From Lytechinus pictus (lineage: Eukaryota): DNA of 64,000 nt. Location: NCBI RefSeq assembly GCF_037042905.1, contig NC_087245.1:4714001-4778000 (forward strand), given 5' to 3'. Every line of letters starts with the position of its first letter. The stretch's first letter is position 1. A program made the position numbers and the translations under genes. Shown here one piece after another: positions 50,023 to 64,000 of this stretch. The notes beneath the pieces are model-generated. The model did no database searches. It was not told the DNA's origin and was given only the letters and a program-made list of their open reading frames with translations.

Positions 50023-50828
50023 TGATTCTTAACCATTTGTAGAACAAATAACCCCCCCCCCCCCCTTCTCGTGAGCAGCTAAAATTCGTACCCGGTAAAC
50101 CTTGGATAGGTTTTTAACTTGGGACGTCTGTGCCTGAGCACTGCTTTTATGTGATTGTGAAGAGGGAGGTATTTGTAATTTATCTTAAAAATGAAATATG
50201 TTCAATATTAACAAGACTGTTAAATTGTCTAGAGTGTGTGTACAGAGTGATTCTGTACCTCCTGGGCATCCTTTCATTTTAGCATATAGTGAGTGTTGTT
50301 CACTGACTTATCAGCTTTCAGCCAATTATACAAGGATTTTGGTATAATATATCAGTTTGACAAGTGAAATTCCATGACGAATCCCTTCATAATATACTCC
50401 CAAATATAGATTTCCTAAGTGAGATATTGAGACAATAGGAAATGTAGTTGAATATCTCAGACTGTACATAATGTAAGAAGGAATGATTTTAAAGTTCTCA
50501 TGATACTTTTGTTTTAATAATACAAAAAAGCCAACCTGGTGTTTTGAAATTAATTCATGTCTACTTAATTTTTCTGGAAAGATGAAAAGGCGAAAACCAT
50601 CTATGATTTATGAATTTCTTTTATATGGAATTGCAAACTGTTTTGAGGAGTCCCACTACTTCCATATGTTCCATGACAGCAAAATACACTGATAATGTGC
50701 CACAAAGTATGTCAATGCAATTCAACTATTGTGATTGTTGAGATATTGATAGAGAAAGGGTGATCAGTCTTGCATGACACACGTAATAAAAATGATTGAT
50801 GGTTGCAGAAAAGATATTTAGTATAACT

Positions 50829-53296
50829 TAATTAGGTGATCTGTCAATCAACAGATCAACTTTTAATTTCATACAAATTTTCTTTTTTATTTCTTTCTTT
50901 CTTTCTTTCTTTCTTTATTATTTAATTTTATTTTTCGGCCCTTTTCTTGTTACCATAAAATCTCAAAATCTGCATCATCAATTTTCTTCAAAATATCATC
51001 AATAATGGGGACTTATCATGTCATCTGTATGAAACCAGTTCAAGGTCAATAGGTCATCATGACGTCATCTAGACACCATTTTGTAAATTCACATTATCAA
51101 TCATATCTTCATTATCAATTATAAAAAATTAACAATATTTACATCACATTAACTTCAGGTCAAGGGTCAACTGTCCATGCCATCATAGGTCATGTAAAGG
51201 CCACGACGTGCACGTACACGCGCGTCAAAATTTTAAAATGCTCAAAATCACTCTTTGACCAAAGTAGAGTATGAATCAGGTCATTTTAAGCATTTCAAAA
51301 CATTTCGCGCGCGCACGGTTACGCGCGCGTTCTCACGCGTAACGGCACCATACAACATGGGATTGCCATTTTTTTTCATATCAATGCATTGATAATATAA
51401 TTCTGAGTAATTTGATACCTTGATCTACCTTCTACGACAAGTAATAACTGAATAAGCCTCCATCAAAGTTTACAGCACGTGTGCGCGTGCGCACTAAGCA
51501 TAGACAATATATGTGCAAAAACATGCCTATACAAAATTCATTATATAGCTCTTCAGGAAGTCCGTTGACCAACAATTTTTTTTCATATTCGAATAGAGTA
51601 TGGATGGGAGATGTGATTTCATGCCTTATTTGACCCTTAATTTCATCATGACGTCATGAAAATTGCGTCGGAACTCAAAATTTCCACTTTGCTACTTATG
51701 ACGTCATCATAGTTATGCAAATTAGACTCTAACTCCGTAAAACATTGGTCAATTTTCGCTCAGTTTTTTATATGTTGTAGCTGAGGACATACTCTTTCTA
51801 ATGTAATGGCTAGATTTACATTTAAAGGAATGGATCATCCTAAAAAATGGCAAGTTATAGATGCATGGCTTTTTTTCGACCATTTTGTGTGCAATCTCTA
51901 TGGGAAATGACTTTTTCTCAAAACTGGATTTTACATTCCTCTATTTCGCGAGCCACATCTCCATTTTCTTTTGTCGGTTTTCTCTGAGCTTGGAGTATGT
52001 TGTAGCTGAGATTCTAAGCTATTGCAAGTGTGGTCTCCATTTTCCGATCAGATGCCGGGATCATGCCCGTATTTCTCTTGCAAAATTGGATTTGAGATCC
52101 CCTTAATTTGCTTACATGTATGTGTAAAGTCTATGGGGAAACAGTGCAGCTCAATTCTCGCTACCCCAAATAGCGATTTCGCTGAGATCCGGGAAAAATC
52201 CCTGTAACGCGCATTGCATTATGGGATAGCTTTTCGGTATTACAACTTCCTGTTCGGAAGTCCAATGCACTGTTTTGCCATTCAGATCACAGTGCCGTCA
52301 TCCACAACAACACAACGTCGCTTTCGCTCGGAAAGTTCGTGATCACAACCCTCTCTTTCACGATACAGTTTAACGGCCTTTTCTGCTTAAGTCATTAATT
52401 CTGCCCGACGCTTTCCATTGCACGGTATTCCTCTGTCAGTTAAGATTTTTTTAAGTTCCGAGACTGATTTTTTATCCATTTTGTGGTCTACAAAAAATTC
52501 AACGGAATGAATGCTGTAGTGTATATATTTATCGTCTAGTCGAATACGATCGTGATGTCAGGCCGGTCGCTAAATGCAAAATTTTAAGATATTCATTTTT
52601 GTTTTATTTTTTTATAACCAAATAAAAACATGAATAAAAATTATTTTCACGTGAAATATATCTTTATTTATAATTCAAATGGAATCAAAACTGACCAAAT
52701 TAAATAAAAAGTATTACAATCTGTACATATTACGCTGATTGGCATTGATTTCAGCGTGGTGGAAAACTCAGTATCGCGAACCTCGCGCGAGCATGACTCT
52801 GAACCGGAAGTGGTGATGACGACCCGACGGAGTGAAAATTATCTCGTCTCGCGCATTATGAGATTTTTGTTCCTATTTGGGGTAGCGAGAATTGGTAAGG
52901 CATCAGACTTGCGTCCTTAGGGTCCACGGTTCAAACCCAAGGCTGAACATGAGATTTTTTTCTTTTTTGTTTCTTTTCAACATTTTCGCAAATGATGCTT
53001 TACGACCATTTTAAGGTACAGGGTGTATATAAGTTAAAATAGTGCACAATAAAAGAGATTAAAATCCCTTTTAATAGGTCTGTAACATGTACCATGTGTA
53101 TCACCTACACCTATTTCATATAACTTCTCAATTTTCCTCTGTTCAAGAGTATTCAACATGTTCTTTTCGTAATAAAAGTTCAGTTAACATCATGATGATC
53201 ATATTGATCTCAATAAACATGGTGATTGTATTCGTGATCATGAAATCAGAGACAGATCACCTAATTCGTCCTCATGACAAATTAAAATTCTAGTTT
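50829..53296 (+). mobile_element. Helentron-type non-autonomous element with nested MITE and tRNA-like segment
   Basis: 16-bp sub-terminal IR AATTAGGTGATCTGTC (50830-50845) / GACAGATCACCTAATT (53251-53266); short 5' hairpin; (ttct)n microsatellite; 3' end ctagtt in a T-rich site. Confidence 0.75.
52157..52889. mobile_element. MITE with TIR CTCGCTACCCCAAATAG and AATT TSD
   Basis: Perfect 17-bp TIRs; AATT at 52153-52156 and 52890-52893. Confidence 0.85.
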
Positions 53297-54228
53297 TCTT
53301 TCATTTTTTATGTCTTCATAATAATATGAACTATCACATCATTATTGTACAGTGCTCAGCAATTTAATGAAATACGTGTATCGGACCTTGACAGGATAGA
53401 GTATATTGGCTGGAAATCCCTTTTAAAATCGATAGTATTAGTTATTAGCCTATTTTATTTGAGACAAAGTGACCACATTTTGGGGATTGGTTCAGTTAAT
53501 AGCAGAGCTATAAAATCAAACATGAGAGCAAGGGAAAATCATTTTTCTTTTCTTTTATTACATCAGAAGTATTGGTGTATTTTGTTCAAAATTTTAAAAG
53601 TTTTTTTTATAAGAAAACAAATAACCTGTGATCAGATTGGCTGTTAAAATCTTTTTATTGAAGTGACATTTCTTGATAAACTCAATATTTATTTTCTGTC
53701 TATTTCAGGTACTGTACATGTATTTTAGCTTTGAAAATAATATATACATACATGTATGCTGTTTTCAATTTAAAGAATAATAGCTAGTGTATAATAATGC
53801 TAGTGTTTTGGTGTGATATGATTCTAAACTTCAAGGTTCAAAGTCCAGATTCCAGAGACTAATCCACTTATGACTCATAGTTCTTCATTGATGAGTAAAT
53901 AATGCATTGGAGAGTATTGATTTTGTTTGTGTGTATGATCTAATCAGAGAAAGAAAGATCCTGCCCTACCTACAATGTAAAAGGGGTTGATACTGAAATT
54001 CATGTGATGCAATCAGGGGCCGCAGAAATGGGGGGGGGGGGGTTGGGTGGGCTTCATCCCCCCACTTTTTTCCAAAACCATGTACAAAATCATAAAAATG
54101 ACTATTTTCCTGTGATTTTTTGCGTGGTCAGCCAAACTACTGTTGGCTCTGCTCCCCCCCCCCCCACTCTCAAAACTGTTTCGCAGCCCCTGGCAATGAC
54201 AGTGGTATCATTCAGATGACAATCATAC

Positions 54229-54470
54229 TGTATATGGTGTGTTGGTTCTAACCCTCGCCTTTCAATCAGAGAGTTGTCGGTTCGAATCCTACTTCACGCA
54301 TTAATTTCCAAAATAGCAAGAAAGTTATTCACATTGGCTTTTTAACATGTCCTACATGCAGGTGAGGTGAATGGGTGTCCCATAGGGGTTGTCGTTCTTA
54401 GTTAATCCATAACACCCTAGGGATTTGTAACTTGAATGCTATAGCACCTATATGACAGCTCAACTACAGA
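54229..54470 (+). mobile_element. tRNA-derived SINE remnant
   Basis: A-box-like tggtgtgttggtt and B box GGTTCGAATCC (~54280), followed by body caggtgaggtgaatgggtg. A reverse-oriented relative lies at ~55755-56200. Confidence 0.65.
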
Positions 54471-55768
54471 TATATATATGAAGAGATGGACATTCATCGA
54501 TTAAATGAATTCACGATACAGGTGTCTGCGATTGTCTGAATATCATTCTCTTCATGTTAATATCTACTTTGATTCTATGATCGTCACCGTGAATAAGGTC
54601 TGAAGCAGTTATATTCACAAATTGCATGCGCAGAAGATCATAAATCACTGAAATCATGGAAAATTGATGTTCAATTCTTGTTAACCTTTGGTCATCTTAG
54701 TTCTACGTGATTTATTTGTGAAAATTTCTGCATATTTTAATAGAGAGACAATTTTGTGATTGATTGTTTGCCATTCATACATGTACTAGTACATGTATGC
54801 ATATTCTGAAACAGTACCAGCCAACAAAAATCAAGAACAGGGAAACCATTGCTTTGTATGTCATCAGATATGCCTAGGTAGTCAGGGTAGTTGCTATTGT
54901 CACAACACCTGTATGTTCTTATTAAGATGCACATAACCAGGTGACGGTGACCATCATTGCATCAAAGAAATGCTTGCGTTAATCGGCCATCTCTTCATAG
55001 GTCCATGATGATACTAAGTACTATATGCAGTAGAATATTTATGCAGCCCTGAGCAATATGAATGGACCTATTCTTATCGTGTACTTATACTTTATACTTC
55101 AATCATGATTGCAGTTGTCACATGATTTTCATTGTTGCTGCGTTTTACTTTAATCCACTTACCAGTACAGTAGATGTACATGTATATGACTTGATGATGG
55201 TCATGTATATTCTAACCTACTGTATACAATAACCTTTACCTTTTTCTGTAGAAGATTGTAGAACCAACTTTGTGAAAGTTTTAATATGAAAGAGATAAAT
55301 AGGAGAAAGGTAAAAGAATTTAAATTTTGAATAGCAATCAGCAATATTATTAAGTATTGATTTATATGTTCATGATGTTTTATGATGTTTAACATAGAAT
55401 CTTCAGTTTTATCTAGTAAACAAAAATTATTATTGTGTTCGATATTGTGCGAGAAATATACACCAAGTAATAGATTTGTGTACATTATCTTCAAGTACTA
55501 AATAATAATGATAAATATGTGAGAAAGTTTACTTATACTAGATCCTAGTTAGAAGCGTATTGAAAAGTTAAGTCTATTATTAACTCGATTAATATGTTGC
55601 ATGAAATAGTTCAAGAAACCTATGAGCACTGTTTTATTTTGCTATAAATGCAAATGTGAATAGTGCAGCTTTTATACTGTGCTTGATACACCACCTTAAA
55701 TTTTGTTGACTGGTCTCATGTATTAACATTTTCAAGTACAGTAATAAATCCCACCGGGTACCCAATAC

Positions 55769-56060
55769 CATTGGCGGCAGAAGCCAACAAATTTAGGGGG
55801 GAGGTCGACCTGAAATTTTGGGATGGACACAGGTAAAAAGGGACCACCAAAACTTTTTGACAAGCAAAAAAAAAAAGGTTATCAACCAAAATTTTAGGGG
55901 GGGGGACCACAAAATTTTTAGGGGGGTCTACCTGAATTTAGAGGGGGACGCAGGAAACAAAATTGACAAGCAAAAAAAAAAAAAACTAGGGGGGATCGTC
56001 CCCCCACCTCAAATTTAGGGGGGAACAGGTCCCTCCCATCCTCCGCTTCTGCCGCCTATG
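55769..56060. mobile_element. Poly-G hAT-type MITE inserted in a minus-strand SINE
   Basis: TIR cattggcggcagaagc / gcttctgccgcctatg; perfect 8-bp TSD CCCAATAC (55761-55768, 56061-56068). A truncated relative lies at ~19248-19375. Confidence 0.85.
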
Positions 56061-58235
56061 CCCAATACTACCCATTCACCTCGTCTGGGTTAATGTAGGA
56101 CAATATAGAGAAATTTCTTGCTAAAGGAAATCAATGCCTGGAGTTTCAAACCCACAACTATCTGCTTGAAAGACAAGAGTAAAAAACACTCCACCATGGT
56201 AAGCTCAGCTTTATCCTTTGTAAAAATGTGTTAAACACCTTGATATATACAAAGTGTATTTTTTCTGAAAGATAAAAAGACAAGGAAGGAATACAAATGC
56301 CACTAAAATGTTTCATTATTATTTTCATTGTCGTACTACTTAAATGATCTATTTTTATTAATGTGTGCTATGTTTTCCCGACATGTAAAACCACAGGATT
56401 TTTTCTGCTATTTATGAAATGGGAACTTTCTTTTCCCCAGTGTTATTTCCTTGTATAATATTTTTTTGTTACTTTATAGTATGCTACATGTATATATTGA
56501 ATTCTAGAGTGCCTTGAACATACACATGTAAATACAAACAGACTGACAGCTCACTCTGGAAAGAGGAAAAACTACAAATACAAAATGGAGATATATATAA
56601 AACATTTTCTCACAAATTGTATTTGCAAGGAAATTTACATGACATTGGTATTTGTCAGACTTATTTTGTGTAGCAGTTAATTGATATTTACATTGTTTGA
56701 GTGCATCATTTGCATGCATACAAATTTTTCTCATTCAATTTTTATATAGTTTGGATCAGTTACAGGCCTTGATGTTGGTAAAGAGCATGGTATTTGTATG
56801 GCAGGGTTAGCTTGGCCAGCCCTACTTGTTAGGTGAATTTAATGCATTCCTTGTCTAATGAATCATTATCATAGATTGGATGATTTTAAAGATCTTTGTT
56901 TAAAACTTGTGTTTCAATTGATGTTTCTTTATCAATAATGTGATTGTTATCCTTTTTGCAACACACACTTTGTACATGTATTTAAATATCTGTCTGCTGA
57001 TCCTGCACTGAAACTTTCCGTTGTCTTCTTTCATCATGGAGGAATAGGATTCTCTAACGTAGCCAATGCAAGTGTTAATTAATTGAAATCAAACTAGTGC
57101 TATCCCATTTAGGGCTCTCAAGCCTTTGTATGTGGATGCCTGTGGGTTGTGTAGGGAATGGATGCCCTGGACTGACTGCACAGAATGTTAGCGCTAACAA
57201 TGTGCTCTTAAACAGAGGCTCTGTTACAACCAGAAATGTGGCAGCGATGTCTCATGTTACAACATTGCATTACTTATTCATTGAACTTGAAGTGAATGTT
57301 TTGACTTCACTATCTGAAAAATGTGACTGGGCTTACTGTTAGCGCTCTGTTAGGCTGACGACGTTTCTGTGCGGCCGGCACTGGTTGTTATTTTATGGGG
57401 GCACAGAAGTTTAGTTTGATTAATAAGCAAAGAAGAAAGTATATAAAGAACTTGAAAGGAAGCGGTACATTTTCAGCGCTTGAAATGGGAATGATGGAAT
57501 TGATTTGAATGGAATATTTAAATATTAAACTTTAGTGTTAAAGATTATACTTTGCAGACTTATGGTCAAATATGAGGTTACTCCTCTTTAACTGTTAATT
57601 TGATTAGGTTTGATTTGTTTGTCTGGTTGTACATGTATATTGCCATTGCTGATACATAAATTTTACCCCAAAAAATTCTTTGTGTCTGTAAAGTGATGCT
57701 GATTTTTTAAAGAGACATGTCTAATAATGTATTAGGTACTGTGCAGTAGGACTTAGTTATGAATAAAAAACTATGTCCATAAAATACTTTTGTTCACTAT
57801 GTAATTTACTCTTAACATAGCATTTTTCAACACTGATGAGTTTTCAAAGCAGCTGATATATTTGATTTTTAGGTTCCAAGATTAAAAGGTTGTCCTGGTT
57901 TATGAGATGGGTGAATGTTTGATATTACTGTTCAAAGAACACTATGATAAGATGTATCAAATATAACCAAGTGTATTGGCTATCAGATGAAGTAATGAAA
58001 CTGAATATATTACAGAGTACACTATTTTTGTACATAATATGTAAGTTATTTAGCATTTTCAAAATACATGTAGGCACATATTTGAAAATCTTGAAGAAAG
58101 TGCTCTTTTAATGAATTGAGATAAAGGAATATTAATTCTTATGTACGATAGTGTTTTTATGAATGAAATTTTCATCTCTTCAAGAGATAAACATTGATTT
58201 GTGTATATCATCTCATTTATGTTTTATGCATACAT

Positions 58236-60516
58236 GGGCATTTTCACGGTAACTTACGTTACACGGCACAATTTTACACACATTTTATTGTGTTTATCTC
58301 TAAAACAACAAATGATGGGAGTTTGCTTTTGATAGAGTTCATAAAGTGAACCTTGCTGTATACTCTGATACTAAGTTTTTCACTGTAACCACATTTTTTA
58401 CGCATCAGCAAGCAAAAATGTGTCGGTAACTGACGTTACGCAAAAAGGTCATGCAATTTCAGGGTGTTCAGTAAAATTAAAATATGTCATGTCCCTGAGT
58501 AGATAATTTGAATATATAAATATAGGTCTTCGTTACTAGTTAAGATGTGTCAAAATATTGAATAATTTGTTTTTATCTTTTGGGGGCTATGATAATTTTT
58601 CCATGACCATGCTGGTAACTGACATTACGGTAACTGACTTTACACTTAATTTGCCATAGAGATAACACATGGAAGTCAAATATGTGGAATCATTGCATTG
58701 TATCTTCTATGCAGGGCTTCACATGAAAGTGAGCTTGATGTGGAAGTATACCTGAGTTTCTAGGAACATTTCAATAAAAAAAAATTCTTTTTCTGAATTC
58801 CTTTTCTGTGATTTGAACATTTTATTATTACTTGTTGGTAACTGACATTACATATAAACATTTACCAGTGCTATATGAATTTCAAAGGCATAATTTTCTT
58901 GGTAATTATATGCATTAAAGGCTTTTTAAAATCATAACAGTTTCATAATACTTCACATTTTGAATTATCAATAGATAAGAAATGTATGTTTTACTTACTG
59001 GGGGGCGGGGGGGGGGGGGTCATAGCAGCTACATGTGTTCCTATAGTAATTTAATATTGTATTGACTGTACACATGGATTCATCTGACTATACACCCATT
59101 TTTCCTTCTCCAACCTCCCCCTCCCCTCAAAAAAGGCAAAATGAATAAGGGTCTCCTCCCAAAGTCTACCCCTCCCCCGAATCTCATGCAGCCATGCAGT
59201 TTTATTGATTTCTATTCTGGTCAGTGCAAGCAATGCTTGTTCATAATCTGTCGGATTTCTTTTTTTTTCCATAATTTGTTTAATCATTCTCTTTGCTAAT
59301 TTCTTTTTAAAGCTGTCAACAAAAAATAAACTCCAGCTTCTAAACTGAAACTGAACTATTTGTAAATTAGAAAAAGACACAGTTTTAGTAGATCCATGCA
59401 ACATTGATCAGAACTGTCATATTTCACTTTTCATCTATACTTGTAAACCCAAAACAAAAATTGTATCACACTACTAACAGACCTGTATAAAAACCTGGAA
59501 TTTACTTTTAGCCCAGCAATGCTAAAAAGAATCCTATAAACTAAAAAAGGGGCACTGGAAACCCCCATTCATCGCATTGTTAAGCTTATCAAATGTTGCA
59601 GATTTAGGCAATAGGATGGGAAAGGCACCCCCTCCCCCCCCCCGAAAACCAAAAAAAAATTGTCTGATACAAACAATTAGGTACTTGGTATTCCATGTAC
59701 ATATGCAAAACAATTTCATACTGTAGTAATTTTTTTTGCTCGATGGGAATGCAACTTCCTTCATAATTTTATATAGTATTAATTCCTTGTGAACTATACC
59801 TTTTAATAGTCAATAGCAAGCTCCTTCTGTTGTGATTCAACTAAGTGAGAGACTTAAATAACAAGTATACAATATTTCTTCACCGTAAAATTGACCACAT
59901 TTGCATTTCATTATTGGTAACCAACGTTTTATCATGGTTACTGACATTACATCTTGGTAACTGACATTACATTTTCCACTTGGTAACTGACGTTACACAT
60001 ATTTGATGGTACCCATGGCTTGATTGTTAATTGATTATCTTTAATTTTGGTGTAGAAGGGAGGGGTGTTACCTTAGGAGGAAATCTACCAAGTTTCATAT
60101 AATATATCCTCTTTTCTGGGAAATGAGGAAAAAAGTTCATGTTTTTGGTAACTGACGTTACATACCCTATCACATACTTCATCAAAAAAAAATTATCAGA
60201 AAAATGAATTAATGGCGTTTCTTTCTATTGGATTTTATAAAGTGTTATAATAGCAAGCTAAATCACATGGGAAAACATGATCAAACCTGTTCTTTAAAAA
60301 TCTGTCAAAACAAAATATGTATCAGTATACCATTTTTAACACTAATTTGTATCCATACTTTGGAGGCCATTTTGAAAATAAAAAATGGCTGCCAGAGTCG
60401 AAAAAAAATTGTCCCAGAAACTTCAGGTCTTGTTTTATCAAAAAACATAAAGCATTTGACATGAATATCAGTTTGATTTTGTTTTGCCTCTGTGTCCATC
60501 CGTGGTGAAAATGCCC
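58236..60516. mobile_element. 2.3-kb non-autonomous DNA transposon (GGGCATTTTCAC TIR, 4-bp TSD ACAT; Sola2-like)
   Basis: 12-bp TIRs; ACAT at 58232-58235 and 60517-60520; about 10 dispersed copies of ggtaactgac(g/a)ttac. Confidence 0.8.
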
Positions 60517-61176
60517 ACATGTAATTTAGTAGATAGGTGGTCAAACCCTTATTGCACAATAAGTCTAAAGGAGGATGTGTATGCTTACAAGAAACTGTTT
60601 TGCACCAAGTGCACTTTGTGACATGAAAATAAGACTTTGGGCCGAATGCATTAAAGCATTTCAGTAGCCTTGTGCTTGTATGCGTAATTACTGGTTAAAA
60701 AAAAAGAGTTTTTGTAAGCCAAGGTTAAATTATCCATAAACCTTTGATTGTAATTGTTCCAATGTGATTTCCATTGTTGAAACCAAAAGGCAAAGAAAAG
60801 TGAAGTTAAGTGAAGCATTAGCAGCAGTGTTGCAATTAAGTCAATGACAGGTTTCAGTTCTGAATGGCACATGCTAGCTCTACCTTTTTCTATTCTCAAC
60901 CAGTTTCAAACATCCTTTTTGTTCAGGTAAAAACATGTGCTATAAACTTTTCTTGGAAAAAGTGAGTGTCAAAAGCCAAATATCTTCTCAAATTTGTCAC
61001 TCATGTATATCTGCAGAAATGATTTTGAAATAGCTTGTTGATGGTTTGAAATGCCACAATCAAAACTAAGAAATAATTCAAGCTTGCATGACCTTCCTTG
61101 AAGTAAATCATTGGCAAATGCAAGATTTGTTCTCACCATCCCAATGAAATGGTAGGTTTTCTCTAAAAAAAGATTG

Positions 61177-61332
61177 AAATAGATTGCGTTCAGGGACCAA
61201 TCCAAAGTTGGAATGAAGTTTTAGAATTCAATCTTATTCGATTAAAACGTTGGAATTAGGTTTTAGAGTTCAATCTTATTCGATTAAAACTAGTGATCCA
61301 ATTTTGGATTGGTCCCTGATCACAATCTATTT
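61177..61332. repeat. Small hairpin element with an internal ~42-bp tandem duplication
   Basis: aaatagattgcgttcagggaccaatccaaa / tttggattggtccctgatcacaatctattt; ttcaatcttattcgattaaaac occurs twice in the loop. Confidence 0.75.
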
Positions 61333-64000
61333 GACTTTCAATCTACGGAATTCAAAGAGTTCAACCAATTATCTATATAGTCTTTGGGCACAATTTTCTG
61401 CTAGTCATGTGAATCAATCAATCAATTTAAATTATTTTCATGCTATATCGGCCCAACGAGTCTCTAATATTTTTGTATACTGGTACTTGTATCTGGCCTT
61501 ATAGAGGTACATGTACATATAATTATTGCACATGGTACTTTTCATGTTTGATTTTACTAATTTCTTTTATAAAATGAAATAATGTCATAATTCTCTTTGT
61601 TTCTTCTGGTTTATTAAAAAAAATATGTATATGACATCATATTCTGCAATAAATCAACTTCTTTGTGAACAAAATGAAGTTATCAATAGTTTTCATTTTG
61701 TTGTGTAATGATGTATTTTGATTGGAGATAATATTCTGATATTAAGAGAAAATGAGTTACATACAAAGACTTGTATGTATTGTAGTGAGGGGGGTAGAAG
61801 AGAAAGAGAAAGGGGAGAGAGAGATAAAGGAGAGAGAGAGAGAAAGAAACAAACAGAAGAGAAAAGGAGATAACGAACAAAGTGAAAGAGTATATTATAT
61901 ACATGTAGAGGAGAAAAAAAGAGTGGGAACCGCACAATAGTTCGGAATGAAAGGTCCATTGCAAAATATCTAGTGTATTTTGGGCTTTATAATCTAATTT
62001 CCTACACTCGTGTGGGAATCTATATATTTTATTCATACGGGAATTATTATTTTTTTTGGGGGGATGGGGGGGGGGGGGCAATATTACACTCTTTCATTCC
62101 GCTCTATCATATTCAATACCCAAGTACATACATCTTGTTTACACTTCGGTACTATGGATGCGGGGAATGTATCTCATCTATGTATGCAATGGTAAATATT
62201 GCCCGGATATATTGTGAGGATGGAGTCGAGTACAATATTTATAAAGAACGAAATAAAAGTGTTTTGTTAAAAAGAAAAACCCACAGTAGTCTTATAAGGT
62301 ACTTGACAAGAAAAAAAAAGAATAGATCTCTCGTTCATAAACGGATGTTCATTCGGAAGCAAGAAAACAAGGATATATTCTATTCAGGGATGTACTTCCT
62401 GGTTTATTGAATAAATAGAAATATACTTGTTTACCCGTACAACCAATACTAGTATCCTTGAGTCCAGTGGATAGTATACGGGAAGGAGGTGGGTGGCGCG
62501 TTGGGTGGAATGAAGATTTCAAATGGATTCATTTTGTTGTCAACTCGACATAATTATATCCAGATTAAGTTCATTTCAGTATGACATCAGTCGGATTAGG
62601 ATGTAAACGAGAGTGTGTATTAATACATGCCAGTGATGTCATGTCACGGAAACTGGTTCGAAATATTACTTGTGAGTGATCTTGTATAAACAAGTGTGGT
62701 TTGGTTCAGAGGATCCTCTGAATAAAAATGTAGATATACATTAGCATTATTTTTTCAACATGTAGTGTTCAATTCACTAAGGAAATTAGAATCCAAACCT
62801 ATATTTTCCTTTTCCATACCGTCTCCCAGAGTGTATAGGTAGGCCTACTTTTTTCTATGCAATATAATCCTTATTCTTTGAGAATAAAGAGCAGTCACAT
62901 GCTATTGCATAACACTGTAAATATACTTGAAATGTAAAGAAAAGAAAGTCTGCACTATCGATTCTTCACTTGCGTCTGTTTAAGAAGAAACCGTTTGTGT
63001 ACGGTCTGGTGTACGCCGGAGAGCTCGGATATCAACATCTTACATCCATGTCAACTTAGGACGAACTTATATGAGGAGTTATCACTTATGTTCCTCCCTG
63101 GGTTTATAAAGGAAAAGAAATCGGTAAGCATTAGGCCATTTCTGTCTTCATATGTATTTTAGCTTCTTTTTATTTCATTACACAATAATGATTACCATGC
63201 AACTTCAGAGAAGAAGTAGGCCTACACGGGAACTTGATGTGCCGCTTGTGTGGGACGATTGTTGATATTTGGGTTCCAGAGGTCAAATTAAAGGTAAAAC
63301 ATGCCCTGGTAAAACCGAACAATCTGAACTTCCTGTAGAGAGCACACAAGTGCAAAGGTGGACAAACTTTGTAATTGTTATCATATGAACTGCTTATGTC
63401 GGGGGGGGGGGGTACAGAGATTATGAGTTTGTTTTGTTGCCATATCATCATTAATTGTATTTAACTATCTGAAAAATAAAAATGCATTTTTATACATCAT
63501 GGGGCAAGGGGAATGTACGTCTGAAAAAGAGGTATCCTAAGGATGATTAATTCTAAAGGGGAATAGTTCGATTCCCCTCAAGATTTTGACAAATCTTTAA
63601 TGGCTTTCATTGTCCTGCAATATTGAGACTGTTCCATTGTAGAATTTATGATCCAGGGCCGAATTATGTGATTACATGTGATGCGAAATTGCGGCTTTAT
63701 AATCTGGTGTATAGAAAAAAACACATAAACGGCCTCTCACAGGAATGTATTTTTTGAAGAAAAAAATCTTAATGCCTAACGATTCGAACGGCCTAAAATT
63801 TACCTCGACATGCTCTAGATGAAATGTTATGAATTAAAAAAAAATTCTTCCTATCATACTTAATTTCCCCGTAGCTGAGAGTAGAGATAGTGCTAGAATA
63901 TTGAATGGAAAAGACTTTCTGAAGGATAAATGGAAACTAGTAAAAGTGATTTTTTTCTGCTTTTCTTCAGTTATTTTGTTCATTATATACATATGTATAT

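Noticed and set aside
50010..50030. Possible donor AAG|GTAATG extending the death-domain exon
   Set aside because: The domain is complete and followed by tandem stops TAA TGA, and no convincing downstream coding exon was found; not fully excluded.
54235..54300. Possible tRNA gene
   Set aside because: B box is present but no coherent cloverleaf, and it continues into a SINE body.
61683..62410. Hydrophobic low-complexity ORFs
   Set aside because: They arise from GA-rich and AT-rich simple sequence, with no motifs or splice support.

Overview
AT-rich, intron-containing animal genomic DNA. The repeat landscape (poly-G hAT-type MITEs, TTAA-flanked MITEs, Helentron-type elements, tRNA-derived SINEs) suggests a marine invertebrate, probably a sea urchin or other echinoderm; this is inference only. 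Three spliced genes were reconstructed by hand with GT-AG introns in consistent phase. (1) REC114, a meiotic double-strand-break factor: minus strand, 6 exons, 6546-10982, 218 aa. (2) DNAJC27/RBJ, a Rab-like GTPase with a J domain: minus strand, 7 coding exons, 15516-22781, 267 aa. (3) An unnamed innate-immune adaptor-like gene: plus strand, 4 coding exons, 42059-50022, about 819 aa. It has a TICAM/TRIF-like TIR domain followed by a P/Q-rich linker and a C-terminal death domain, the reverse order of MyD88. About 9.5 kb upstream of it is a compact cluster of two NF-kB sites plus C/EBP-ATF and octamer motifs, followed by a splice donor. The rest is mostly non-autonomous transposons, including a five-level nested stack (about 33.1-39.5 kb) resolvable by target-site duplications (TSDs), two foldback elements built from 15-bp repeats, and two Helentron-like elements. 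Most ORFs in the supplied track are spurious.
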